From assembly GCA_951804945.1 (NCBI GenBank), contig OX638163.1, positions 11,780,001 to 11,844,000 on the forward strand: DNA of 64,000 bases. The letters are read 5' to 3'. Made by a program: the position numbers and the translations under genes. The stretch comes from Podarcis cretensis (lineage: Eukaryota). Position 1 is the stretch's first letter. Each line of letters starts with the position of its first letter. Positions 23,721 through 37,079 of the stretch are shown one piece after another. The notes beneath the pieces were generated by a model. It worked only from the letters and a program-made list of their open reading frames with translations, did no database searches and was not told the origin of the DNA.

Positions 23721-25624
23721 TGTTTGGGGTTTTTTATGGCACTTCCCTATATTTTGTAATACTGTATTCAGAAGTGACTCCAAAGCCACAAAATGTTTCT
23801 ACATGGCAGCTTACAGTAGAATCAGTGCTGCTTATGCACACCAGTTTTGCAGTGTCCACGCAACACTGTCATCTTCAAAGTGCTGCTCCAAATTTCTTTA
23901 CTTGCATGTAAATTGCTATGTGGAAAGTGCCCTAAAACATGCTACTGGTTTGTTCATTTTGAAAATACTCATAAAAGGGATGCCACTATATGAAGCACAT
24001 CAACAACCAAAATCACATATTAAGAACCCCCAAAGCCTGACATTATGATGAAAGGGAAGCCTTATGCTTCACAAACCTCCTTCCATGTTAGCTTGTCTCT
24101 CCTGTGGGAGAGCATCCATATCTTTAACATTTAACAGAAGAATTGGCCATAAAAAGTCGCCAACATATTTATTTAAGAAAATGCTTTTTATTGTTTCTGC
24201 GTTGCGGTGCAGGTAAGTGTAAATTTCTAGTGAGGTTGTTTCTGTAAATTCAAAAATCTAGATTGATAATTCAGAAAGGTGGAGATTAAGCCCAACAGCC
24301 AGTGGATCTTTGCAGAAAATACATCACAGCTTTTCAGCTTCTCCCCCACCCCACCCCCACCCCACTCCACAAAAAGTGGTTTTATCAAGCCAAGAACAAT
24401 TACACTCTTTTGAATTATGACACCCAATAAACGTAGACTATGGCCATATGCAACAAAATATTTTGGCACTTAAAACTAAAAAAAAAACCCTACAAAAAAA
24501 ACTCTTGGCGACAATTCCAGATTGCCACGGAAGCCGAACACTCAGGTCCCACTCAAGGCTGCCAATCGGAATGCCAAAAGCAGCTGAACGCGGCTCATCC
24601 AAGGAATGTTGTCAGTGAGTGGCACACGCACACAGCCCCCGATCCTNNNNNNNNNNNNNNNNNNNNNNNNNNNNNNNNNNNNNNNNNNNNNNNNNNNNNN
24701 NNNNNNNNNNNNNNNNNNNNNNNNNNNNNNNNNNNNNNNNNNNNNNNNNNNNNNNNNNNNNNNNNNNNNNNNNNNNNNNNNNNNNNNNNNNNNNNNNNNN
24801 NNNNNNNNNNNNNNNNNNNNNNNNNNNNNNNNNNCTATCACTCAGCCCCGAAGCAAATCTCGGTGCTTCTCTTACAAAAACAGCTATAACTCTTAGAAAC
24901 TCGACAGCCTTNNNNNNNNNNNNNNNNNNNNNNNNNNNNNNNNNNNNNNNNNNNNNNNNNNNNNNNNNNNNNNNNNNNNNNNNNNNNNNNNNNNNNNNNN
25001 NNNNNNNNNNNNNNNNNNNNNNNNNNNNNNNNNNNNNNNNNNNNNTAGGACAAGTGTTTGCTACAAGGAGGAATGTTTGAGTTGCTCACACACACCTCCA
25101 TACTCCACCCACCCCTTTCCTTGCTCAGTGGTGTGAAACAGACGTGCTGATCTCAGTCACATGGTTTCATATTATAAACCTCTTTGAGCTAAATGGTAGC
25201 CACCAGACCAGAAAGAACTGGATTTTTTTAAAGTCCCTCATAAGCTCAGGTATACATCAGTGGTAAATGAATCGCTGTACCCAAAACAGACTCCCATAAA
25301 ATGAGTGTGGTGGTTGTCTGTGTGTACACACTCATACATGGCTTTTTCACAAACTTGTGTACTGCTGTACAGGCCCCGCCTGCCTTTGTAAGACCCTCAC
25401 ATGGTCCTAACTGCTCCGGTATCTCCCAGTGTTGTCTAAGGATGGAATAAACCCTAGCCAGACCATGTTCACTGGGAGCACTCTGAGGTGCTGAACTGAT
25501 CAGTTCTGCAATTATCCCTGATATGGCGATACCAGATACAGCAAGTTCTGCCATGAATATACCTACTGCAACCACCTCACATGTGACACTAACTGCCATC
25601 CTTGCCTTGAAGGAAGCCCCAGGC

Positions 25625-25880
25625 ACTTATTTATTATTTATTTCATTTATTAACATCTCAAAGCAATTTAACAATAAAAAACAAGCAAATCATATTTTAA
25701 AATAATTTAAAGATGCAGATGCAGACTAGAGCAAAAATCTCCATATAAAAGGCTTTTTGGAAAAAGGTCTTCAACAGGCACCAAAAATGATAACACAGAT
25801 GGTGCCTATCTGATTATGGAATGAGAGGGGAGTCGCAAAGGGTAGGTGCTGCCACACTAAAGGCCTGGTTCCTACATTGT
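25625..25880 (-). mobile_element. L2 LINE 3' remnant
   Basis: AAAGGTCTTCAACAGGCACC...GAGAGGGGAGTCGCAAAGGGTAGGTGCTGCCACACTAAAGGCC preceded by a TTTAT tail. Confidence 0.55.
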
Positions 25881-26439
25881 ATCGTACAATACAAATTTGC
25901 AATGGTTTGTGCCTCAACTATTTAAAAGCCGAAAAAGGACTTTAACCAAAACATTCAGATATATATTTGCATTTTAAAATTTGTCGTACAATATGTGATC
26001 AGCAGTTCAAAATTATTTCAAGAGTTTGTGGAGTATGAATCAGCTGGTTATTACAAAGTACATAGTGTCTTAGCATATTCTAGGGGGTGCATGCAGTTCA
26101 CCTGGGGCACAAGTTTATCAGGTCTCACCCTTGCTCTATTCTCAACTCATATTAGTGTCCACTTAACACTACCTGCCAATAGAATGTTTTCTGGGCAATA
26201 GGTAGCAGCAGGCAAGTTGTCTGCGAAAGAGCGTGTTTGCCATAACTTTACAAGTAATCTTAATGTTCCCCAAAACATGGTTTGAAAACAACTTTTCTAT
26301 TACACTACATTAACTTGAACCTTATATTTCCACTGGGGTGGACTTCGTACTTTTGAATTATGTCATCCATATATCTCTTTTCCTCCTTCTCCCCCTCCCC
26401 CCTCCTCAAAAACTAAACTAAATACAAAAGAAAAGTCTC

Positions 26440-27000
26440 TCTCATACGCACACCTTTTTACTGCTACCAGGTTTCAATAACTGTACAAATTCAATTTAAC
26501 AAAAGAATAAAGTGCTGCATGGAAGCTTGAGGGGAGGAGGAGACCCTATATCATTGCTATGCATTAGCACTGAAACAGTGCCCCAGGAAATTTAAATGTA
26601 AGCAGGCAGAATGTCGTTCTAATTGTTATGTTAGTACCTTCTGCAGCAAATTAATGCATGAAACATTTTCATTTTGGTACATAAGTTTGCGCGTGTCTGA
26701 GTTAAACATTTATGTTAATGGGCCTTCTGGCAACTCCGCAACATTTCAAATACTCTTGTAGAACAGCTTCTTCTCTAAAGATATCAATTAGCCATTTCCT
26801 CCTCCTCTCCACCCATCCCCCAACACCTCTCAGTATTTTCTACCTGATCCAGAGGGCCATGCCATGCAGGGGGGAAAACCTATTTCACGGTTTTAAAAGC
26901 CCTGATGCTTGGATAGTTACAAACCTCAAACCGTGTATGTGATGAGGCACCAATTAAACATGCATCACCACTAGCAATGTAATCTGTATTGTTAAATAAA
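26440..27000. promoter_or_regulatory. Candidate conserved non-coding enhancer
   Basis: Repeat-free; AAATTAATGCAT, CAATTAG, CAATTAAAC motifs and retained CpGs. Confidence 0.35.
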
Positions 27001-27419
27001 AGAAAGGGGGGGGGGGACAACAACAGCAGCAGAAAGTCATACGAGTATTAGGCATATGTTCAGATCAAAACATACCAGTGAATAAACAGGCCAATTTGCA
27101 CTCTGAACGCTTGCACATTTATTTCCAGTTAGTCCAAGTAAGACATTCTAGAAGGTGTTTCTTGAGACTACGTTGTGCAAGTTACATCAATGGACAATAT
27201 GGTAACGTAAGCAGAGTGTGATGCTACTCTTTTCTCCTGTGCTCTATATTGAAACTGCACTACAAGAGATTCTGACTGTCAATAGCAAATGGAAGAGAAA
27301 GCAGAAGGACCTAGAGAAAGTAAAAGTAAATGAGAAAGAGGGTCCTAGAAAAGGAGTCAGCTGATTGTTGAGAAGGCATTTTAAAAGAAAATAAAAAATT
27401 AAGGTATTTATTTAAAAAC

Positions 27420-28860
27420 ATTTCTAAGTGAAGTACTTTAAAATTTCTAAGCAGTACACAAAAAATACAAAATAAAAATAAAAACAGAATTCAGTAACAA
27501 CCAAGTCAAGTCTTGTGGGACAGAGAAATCCTGGGCAAAAAGATGTGTCTTTACAAGACATCTGAAGCAACTGATGTATACGGCAAAAGGAAGAGCATTC
27601 CACAATGCAGGGGCAATGGCACAAAATGGCATTTTTCTGACTCAACACCCTGTGACATTCTGTAGGGTGAGGTGTGATGAATAAACATTGCTCATATGAT
27701 ATGTGTGATTTAACAGGCAGAACATCAGGTAATCTAGTTTCAAGTTGTTCAGGGGTTTATTTGTTAGAAACAAATCTTTGAATGTGGCCTGGTAGCTGAA
27801 CAGCAGCCAGTGCAGTTCCTTCAGCACAAGCATAGTATGTACACATCCAAGTGCTCCAGTCAACAATATGGACACAGCATTTTGCACCGACTGTAGCTTA
27901 CAGATCAGTCTCAAGGGAAACCTTTCACAGAGCATATTACTACAACTGACAGATTACCAGTGCATGGAATCATGGTGGCCAAGCTATTCCTGTCTACGAA
28001 ACAGTACAGTTTGGGTACCAACCTATGCTGATAATAGGCACTGGTCACTAGGGAGGTTACATGGGCCTTCAGTGACAAAAAGGGATATAGGAGCATCCTC
28101 AGATACTTGTTCCTTCAGAGACAAAGCCACCCTGTCTAGAACTGGTATACTCCCCAAATCCTGGACCTGGGGACTGCTCACCCATAGTCTCCCTTCTACC
28201 AGGAGTCAATGTCAATTTGCTGGTCCTCATCCAGCCATCACTGCATCCAGGCACCAGTTCAAAACAATCACAGCCTTTCCTGATTCAAATGAAACAAGAG
28301 AAACAAGGTATCATGATGAAACAAGGTATCATCAACATAGGGATGATACTGTGCCCCCATCACCTAACGACTGCTCCCAGATCCCAGTCTTCATACAGAT
28401 AGTAACCAGAACTGGAGACAAAACAGTGCTGTGGCAACCACAGCACCAGAACCAGGAGGCAGACGAATGATCCTCCAACCCTGTTTTCTGAACCTGGGCC
28501 CGTAAGTAGGAGTGAAACCACTGTAACAAACTGCCACCAACTCCAGGTCACAGAGACAGTTCAAGAAGATACCTTGGTCAACTGTATTGAAAGCCGCTTG
28601 TGAGATCAAGCAACAGCAACAGATGCGACCTCCTCCTGTCCCTCATCCAAAGTAGGCTATCATTCAGTGATAGTCTAGCCCAGTTCTGTCCCAAAACCAG
28701 GTTGGAAGCCAGAATAAAATAGGTCAAGATAATCAGCTTCTTCCAAGAGCCTCTGCAGCTGGACTACCACCATCCTTTCAAGTACCTTATAAGGAAAAGT
28801 GGGGTAGGCAATAGTTGTCAAAGTACCTCAATCTCTAGGGAACGCTTTTTTAAAATAGTG
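27420..28860 (-). mobile_element. Degraded L2 (CR1-clade) LINE, RT and C-terminal region
   Basis: Translations ISQAAFNTVDQGIFLNCL (RT motif like LDLSAAFDTVDH) and LQSVQNAVSILLTG...HTMLVLKELHWL (L2 C-terminal LQxVQNAAAR...LHWLP). Many stops and frameshifts; 18-bp tandem duplication at ~28300. Confidence 0.9.
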
Positions 28861-29289
28861 GCTGTGCTAGTGCCTTCTTCAAAGTGTTAGGCACCACTTT
28901 CTTGTGCAAATATGTGTTAACCACTTCCTGGACATTGAGGATTGATTGTTGTAATCAATTAAAGGTTGAAGCCCTGCTAAAAATCTGAGTACAACGGGAT
29001 GAACAAAAGAAAGTGAAGGAATTCCGTCTGAGGCTCTCCCCCTCTCAGATGCCTCAGTGCTGCTTCTAAGAGTCTTTCCATCCTTTCCCCAAACTCCATG
29101 CAATTCTATCTAAATGTTGTTGTCTTCACTGCAAATGAGTAAAACACTGAGAACAGCTAGCTTTGGAAGATTTGGGGTCAGGGGAAAGATATGGTGGAAA
29201 AGGGAAGAGCTTCTTTCCCCCTAAAGAAGAAATAGAAACAGAAAAGGGGATAGCTCAGCAAAATTAAATTACTACAAACACTTCTCCTC

Positions 29290-29800
29290 GACGCTACCCC
29301 AAGTCACAGCAGCTGTAATTTGCCACCTGGGCTTTATAGATTGCTCTACACAGGCAGCAAGCAAATGGGTGACACCTAGATATGTGAACACCTCCTATTT
29401 CTTCTTTCTTCCTCATCCCCCACCCTCTAAACGCCTCACCATCAGTGTCATCTAATTGATACTTCCTCCATTTTTTGTCACCTTGCTGCTTAAAGCAGCT
29501 GCCAAGCTCTGCTGTGTCACTTTCCATTTATGGACTCCCAACTCCCTTGATCTGAGTAATTAGGGTTTATGTGTTAATTGGAGTAAATACAAAGATGGGA
29601 GTCACAGGCATAAATTTCCAAAGCTGCAGCTATAAATTGAGGGGCTGATAAGCAAAAAGAAGAAGCAGTCTTCATAGAACAAGTGTCAGCTTTGTTTTTA
29701 AATTGCTGGCGGTGAAGGAGCTATGACCACCACTCTCCAGAAAAGAAGATGCACATCAAAAAGAAATTGTTATGCGCAGGAAAGAATTGTGAGATGAACG
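29290..29800. promoter_or_regulatory. Candidate conserved non-coding enhancer
   Basis: TCTAATTGA, GTAATTAG, TTAATTGG, GTAAATA (Fox-like), CATAAATT, CTGATAAG (GATA); repeat-free. Confidence 0.35.
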
Positions 29801-30329
29801 AAGCCCACAGAGAGTTTGTTTCCTATTTTAGCAACCAGTGTCCTACAGACCATGTATGTCCCCAGCATCGAGAACTATCTTGATTCTTGACCATGGGGAT
29901 CAGATATATGTTACAAATGTGGTCAGTGGCATGAATTATGTCCCAATCAAAACAAACCACCTGGTCAAGAAGCCTGTCCTGGGATTGCAATGGGTGCATT
30001 CCAGTGAAGCCAATTTCAATTTCTGCCATAAGATGCTGTATTTTACAACATTTCAAAAACTGCAATTTGTCCAAAGCACAGCTTTACAATGTTAGTAAGA
30101 ACAAGGGGGCCAGCACATGTGTTAAACCAAGTTCGTACTGGTTTAAAGTTTTAGCTTTTATATTGCTGGAATGGAGGAAACAAATAGTCTTAAATATGGA
30201 TGGTTGACCTGTATCCCTCAAGATGTTGCTGGATGGAGTTCAACAACATCTGGATGGCTACAGGTTAACCACCCCTAATTTAAGATCAGTTTACTTGAAG
30301 GACCACTTATGTCCATATAAGCCTAATCA

Positions 30330-30665
30330 ACCTTTATGACTGGCTTCCAAGTCTCTCCTCCCTGGCATGTTATCAGCAAAGAGCAGATTAGCAGGTACCA
30401 GGGACAGGACCTTTCTGTGGTGGGTTCACAACTGTGGAATTCCCTTTCAGAAGAGTTCTGTTAAGGTCTCCTAAGGTTCTGAAGATATGTTTACAATGGA
30501 AGGTTTTTTATGAATGATTTTCTGCTGGGCCCTGAACATGTGACCATACAGACATGTGCATGTTAAACAAACAAACAAACAAACAAACAAACAAACAAAC
30601 AAACAAACCACCTTGGAATAATGCTAAAAGGCAGGGTACAGATAATTAAAACAAACAAATAAAGG
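30330..30665 (+). mobile_element. L2 3' remnant containing an (AAAC)n microsatellite (~30565-30608)
   Basis: GGGACAGGACCTTTCTGTGGTGGG...CTGTGGAATTCCCTT. Confidence 0.55.
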
Positions 30666-30934
30666 ATTCTTCCTGGCCCAGTTTCTTCTGATAATCCTAC
30701 TATTAACTACAGAGTTGACTCTCCTATGAAAATGCCACTTGAAAAATGATCACAGATGCTGTCAAATCCAATTCAGCTTTCTTGAAAACACTTACACAAG
30801 CAGTTCAGAATGGCACTGTATGCCACATTATGTTTATCTTGGTGGAGCTGTGCTGTTGTTCCCTTTGTCAAAGTAGGGGGACGGAAAGAAAAACATGGTT
30901 TTGGTCCCCATTCAGACACAAAAACAAGACTGGT

Positions 30935-31085
30935 TTACTCTAATGTGCTCTCCAAGGGGCTATCTTTGAAAAGTGCTCAGAAACCTCAACTGGCTAAAAG
31001 AGCTGCAGGAAGATTGTTGACTGGCTCTGGTTACAGGGAGCATACGACTCCCTTGCTACAACAGCTCCACTGGCTACCAACTATC
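30935..31085 (+). mobile_element. L2 ORF2 C-terminal fragment
   Basis: Translates as KPQLAKRAAGRLLTGSGYREHTTPLLQQLHWLP. Confidence 0.85.
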
Positions 31086-32223
31086 CTGCGCATCTGGCAG
31101 TCCCACCACCTTCACAGGCACCAACAAATCATAGGTCACCTTCATATCCACATATGTTAATGTGCGATATGTTGTGGTTAAATTGTCACCTTGTGTAAAA
31201 ATCCATGAAAACTCATGTCTTGTTCTTGTGGTGGTGGAATGTACCACATCTGTGATTTGTCGTTTGTAGTCTACCAAAGTAAGCTTTAGTTAGATTGTAT
31301 GTTTTGGATACTCCATGTAAAGGAATGTAAATTCAAGAAGATTCGTCTTAATTTACTGGAAAAGTAAAGTGTGTGTGTGAATGTCTGAATATGCTCTTTC
31401 TAACTGTCTAGAAAGAAGAGAAGAACTATTAGTTAGTGGTACCCACAACACTCTCTCAACATTTCAAATGCACCTAATGACCCCTCTAATGACCACCAAA
31501 TTGGGTGTTTATGTGTTTCCCAGGTTCCTGTGCTTAGGAGAAGGAGGAGAGGGTAGTCTCAAAATACTGCACATGATTTCACTCAACAAGTGACTATCTG
31601 CACTACTTAACACTCTGTTTATATAAGCCATGAATAGGCAGTCTGCTCCAGCTGCTCAGAGTGAGGTTATTGTGTGTCAAACATTTTATTCGCAAGTTAA
31701 GCAAGCCACCAATTGGACCAGAGCTCCACCACTGCAGGAAGCAGGCCCTGGGGTACGCCTGGACATCCTTCTACCATTAGGAAATAAAAGCCCAGCTTGG
31801 GTACTCGCAAAGGAGAGCTCGGCTTCCAGTTAATATCACAGAATCTTGGTGAAAGCAATACCTCTGAAAAATGTAACTTCCTTGACAGAAATGCTATTAT
31901 TGTTGAAATATGTGACTAAATGTTACACAGTAAAAACATTTTCCCACTTGAATTAATTACATTTGACTGTATCCTGTTCTCTCTCTCTCCTCCACCCCAA
32001 TTTTCCAAGGCAAAAGCTTTTTGTCCAGCCATATAGGCCTTCTACACCTAAGCTGATATGAAATTTAGTAAGCCTCATTTATCCTGAAATTTATAATTCA
32101 ACAGATGCTTTTGCTTTTGCTTGTGCCTGATTGCAACTACAAACACAGGGAAATAATGGTTTATATTGCTGGAATGGAGGAAACAAAATCTCTTAGTATT
32201 TACTGGGGAGGGAGGGAGGGGGA

Positions 32224-32228
<5 letters not shown>

Positions 32229-32270
<42 letters not shown>
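32229..32270. repeat. (GA)n microsatellite; also (GA)n ~42330-42402
   Basis: Direct observation. Confidence 0.95.
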
Positions 32271-32273
<3 letters not shown>

Positions 32274-34019
32274 TGAGATGAGAAACAGACCCAAATCCCA
32301 AATCCCTCTTCTTGAGCACTATGCTATGAATGACTCCAAAATACACAAACGCACAAATTTCAGCCTTGATGCAACTTTGACAGCACAACAGTAGTGTGAC
32401 ATAATACATATTTTTTTTTGTTTTTTTTAATGAAAGCATTCTGACTAATCTATACGAATTAACAGATGTCCTTTGGAAAGTGTCTGAAACAAAGAAATGC
32501 AGATTCGAACATCACCCACATCCAAATTAGCTGATTGCTGGGATCCTTTTAAGACCCATCTGAGCTTGGCTCTAACCTCAAGTCTACCTTTCAACTTGCA
32601 AATGACAGTGTCACCAAACACTGTCCTTCCATCAATCATGACAGGCCATGAATATACAAAAGGCAGCTGAGAAGCCAGTTACCTCCTGCAGTTCCACTTG
32701 GCCTAATTATCCAAGCCCTTTTTGTTACTGTCAGGAATGGTGCACACCCAGTCAGCTGCTGGGCAGCCTCAGGCCTCATCAAGGGAGGGGTATGTGGACC
32801 AACACACTCATATATGCTGAATGCAATTCCGGTGTAAGTACCAAATGTTATAGTTTATATTCATCACAAAGGAGGGGAAATATCTCCCCCTCTGTCTTTC
32901 AAAGTGCTCATCAGTTCCCATTTTAAGAAACCACCCACATGCCCCCCCCCCCAGACACTGTCATTTTGCGGTGTTCATGGCCAGCTGAGTGATTCAATAT
33001 CCACCCTGATGTGCTGTTTAACGTCATAAGAAAAATCCAGCTGGATTGCACCATCATCCTTTCTCCTCCATACTGGTCAACCACTCCACACTGGTATTCA
33101 ATAGAATATTGCTCCTAAAAATAAAGATTGAATTTTAACAACTTTAAACAACTGAAACACAAACAAGGTTCTCTTCATGGAAAGGCCATTGTTCATTCTC
33201 AAAGTAGGCCTTCCTGTGGCAGATAGAACTCTATTCCCATTACCTTCCTGGATCCTATGCACATTCAATTTCTGTAGAGTTGTTCCTAGCAGTATTTGTA
33301 ACTGAGCTTCTGAGCTCTAGATTAACCATTTGTAGTAACCAATGTCAAACTGCAAAACGAGGATTCAGATTTTTTAAAAGGTTCAAAAGGAGAACTAGGA
33401 GCTCTGCTATGAACTGAGGCTTGAAGTATGCAACATCTATTTTCATAGATATGGGATGAATCTGCTTAACAGTTACAAGACATCAAAGGGGCACAATGGA
33501 TAGGACAACAACATGTCTCACTTTTAATTATGCAAGTATGATTCTTAAAGCAACATCTTTTAAACTGCAGGATATAAAACTAAAGCTAAAACAGTAGCCA
33601 ATATAGTGCCTTCCATATGTTGTTGGTCTCCACCTCCCACCAGCAAGCATGATGAATGCTCAGAGGTGACAGGAGATAGAGTCCAGGAATTCTTAGGGGC
33701 ACCATGCTGGATACTTCTTGACTATCAACTTAGTAATGGACACACTAGTTTTATTACTATATTCTCAGAAACAATCCAAGCCTTGATAATATTAATTACC
33801 ATCTAACATGCAGAACAGTATTCAGTGTTTTTATGTACACAATGGACAAATAATATGAAGCACCATTGAAATGTAACATTAAATATTTACAGATTATTTA
33901 AACTGAAGGGAATATTTTAAAATCTTAGGACATTTTAGTGACCCTCTTATAATGAAGGCCAGGAATAGGCACAATATTTTATAAAATGAACAAATGTGTG
34001 TGACTGAATTGTCTTCTGT

Positions 34020-34215
34020 GTCATTTCTTTTAGATTGTGAGCCTGAAGGCAACGGCTATCTTTATCATTGATATTTACAAGCACTCTGGAAGCCTTTTTC
34101 TGCTAAAGAGTGGGGTAAAATTGTTCTAAATAAATAAATAATAAATAATAAATAATAAATAATAAATAATAAATAATAAATAATAAATAATAAATAATAA
34201 ATAATAAATAATAAA
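34020..34215 (+). mobile_element. L2-type 3' end with expanded (AATAAAT)n tail
   Basis: TTTTAGATTGTGAGCCTG...CTCTGGAAGCCTTTTT...GGGGTAAAA, then a 7-mer repeat at ~34128-34215; similar relic at ~22585-22750. Confidence 0.7.
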
Positions 34216-35825
34216 TTAAAGTTAACTTTACTATCAAGGCAACCTCCATAAATTTGCCTGAAAATGAATTCATGCTTGCAAATCAATGGATAGGAACAAC
34301 TACTGCAGCAGAGGTAACTTGGGGGAGAGAGGCTAATAGGTGAACAAACAAGTGGATAACTAGGATGGGGGGAGCTGTGTTTCACGTGTTATGAAATATT
34401 ATTCTTAAAGCAGAAAGATTTCCTGTTATATTTGAGAATGGGTGATCAGGCAAGGTTTTGAATGGGCTTTTGCTTCCTACCAACACCCTCCTCATGGCTA
34501 GCCCCTCTCCCCAGTAGTACACAGGAGATCCTACACCTGGCACACATTGCCAGATTCATGTCAGGGTTTTTTTTCAAGTTCTGGAGCTACCAAATTATCC
34601 AAACATTACTTTACCGCTTATTCTAAGTGGAAGTGGGAAAGCTGCAATAATTCTCTTTTCATTTCATTTAATTTCGTCTGTTAGTTTTTTTTGCTTAAAT
34701 ATCTATTTTCCCCTGTTTCTTTGGCTATTTGTTACCCTATATTTGCAGAAAGTCACACATTAGGACTGCACTGCATCTTGCAGAGTAAGAAAAACAAAGT
34801 TGCCATAAATTGACCTGAAAACCTATGTATGCTAAATGTCGTTTTAAACACCTGCTTGAAAGTCACCCCTGGTCCAACATTTAGGCAGACATCATTCACA
34901 GATGTAATTTATTCATGCCCCCTCCCTTAAGCCCACAGACACATTTATATGCCAGACGTAGAACCACCCCTTTTCCATCTGGCCCCTCCCTTTCTGCATA
35001 ATATGTAATTAAGAATTGCCAAGCAACATGACAAGAGCAGCAACTTGATATATGACAAAAGCAAGCCTTTTATAGCAGAAAGAGCAAGGTAGGAACCTCA
35101 AAACTACAGAAAGGACAACTACTTCAGCAACCAAGATAAGCAATAGAAAAGTGATCTTACAAAGAGACAGAAGCAGCAGGTTGTTGAAGTATAGTTGTGT
35201 GGAGGCAAACAGAAACCATGTCTAAAACTGCAAAAGAAAGCCTTAGATTCTTTTGTAAGATAAAGTGAGGGTAGAGAATAAGAGTGGAATTGCTATAATT
35301 TTGAACTCACAAAATTAAACTTATATAACCAATTCGCATGAACTTGATTTTATGGGCATAATTTAAATCCTGACGTATGTTGCTTCATTTTTGCACAACA
35401 GAATCAAATATACATACAGATATGTTTGAACTTGTACAAATTTTACTGAAATAATTCACATTCAGGACAAACATACTAGAAGTTACAAACATGAGCAAAC
35501 AAGCAAGCCTGCAACAAATAAATATCCAGGCCAACTTTCATTTCCATGTGAATTGCATCCCCCTTGCCCTTCAAAAGTATAACATTATGAAAGCAAAACT
35601 TCAGGGCATAATAAAAGGACTCAAGAATCACAAGTGTAAAGTACTTCTCACTTTCAGTTGTATCCAGGTGGAGGGCACAGAAGTACATAACGTGAAGTCA
35701 GTTTTATTTCAGATCAGTAAAAAACACTGGCAGGAAATAATTTCACAGTTTTGACCCATATTTGGAGTGCTATGTGCAGCATATAATTAGTTGAATCCAC
35801 TCCATTTTGGTGAAGTTGTCTAGTT

Positions 35826-36195
35826 GAGGTGACTTTTAAAAAGGATTAGATAAATTCATAGAGAATAAGGCTATCAATGGCTACTAGTCATGAAGACTAT
35901 ATGGAACCTCCATGTACAGAGGCAGTGGGTTGTATCCAATGTTATTTCAATCAGGCCCATTGAAATGAATGGATATGACAAACTTAGCTCCATTAATTTC
36001 AATGGGACTACTTTAAGTAGAATTTAGTTGGATGCAATCCAATATACCTCTAAGTACCAGTCACTGGGGAACAACAGTGAGAGAGGGCTGTTGATTTTTA
36101 GTCCTGTTTATGGGTTTCCTGCTGGCCACCATGGGAAACACAATGCTGGACTAGGTGGACTGTTGGCCTGATCCAGTAGGGCCCTTTTGGTGCTT
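35826..36195 (+). mobile_element. CR1 3' end with a nested PIF/Harbinger-like MITE (35927-36040)
   Basis: TTTTAAAAAGGATTAGATAAATTCATAGAG...GGCTATCAATGGCTACTAG...GGCCTGATCCAG, interrupted by GGGTTGTATCCAA...TTGGATGCAATCC. Confidence 0.75.
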
Positions 36196-36651
36196 TGAGG
36201 TCTTTGCTTTAATGAAGCTGCAACATATGCACCTTGTTTATATATTTATGGCATTTATACTGTACAAAGACTTTCTGCATTTCTCCCCCAAAGTGGTTCA
36301 CAACAGATAACAATAAAACTACAGAAGAATAACAAAACACAAAGCAACCACCATTAACAGCCACAAAGACAGAGAGCAGCACCAGAAGCTCCCAGGTCCT
36401 CTTAGCATGCAGGGATGAGAAACTCCTCTGATCAGCATTGTGATGAGCAACTAGTTGTCACAGTAGTTTGTACTGACCTAAATTGCAACAACCTTTTGGT
36501 AGACATGCTACACATATAATCCAAAATCTGAGACAGTGCCATATATACAGCATATTTGCAGCAATGGTCCAAAGCTATTTGGTGTACTCTTGCCTCTAGT
36601 TTACTTTGTCCAGTCTCTCAGGCCTTCATACGCCTGTCCAGAAGTTTTACA

Positions 36652-36690
36652 TATTCATTTATTCATTCATTCATTCATTCATTCATTCAT
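36652..36690. repeat. (ATTC)n microsatellite
   Basis: Direct observation. Confidence 0.9.
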
Positions 36691-37079
36691 TTTTGTAATA
36701 TTTTAATATTCAGTACTGCTCATTCAGGCCAACCAACATACAAGAAAATGGTGGAGTGGTCACCCTGTTCTACAGCTGAACCCACTAAGTGCTGAAGACC
36801 ATTGTATTATAATAATTGAACTAAGCATGTTTTTTCCTCGTAATCTACAAATGTTTGAAATCCAAATCTAGAATGGAAAAATATAACTCATTCCTGCTAC
36901 ATTGTTTTGTTTTGTTTTGTTTTGTTTAATCAACCAGGTCCACATCTGTACTAAAAAGAAAAAGAAAAGGAGCTATCCACCACTCCCCAATTCTGCTTTT
37001 AAAACAAATCTAGAAGTTGACAATTTCTCTAGTAAAATGTTCTAAAAGGACATTGCATCAGCAAGTTTATTTTAAAAAC

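Noticed and set aside
27868-28470. 200-aa plus-strand ORF
   Set aside because: Antisense to the degraded L2 reverse transcriptase.
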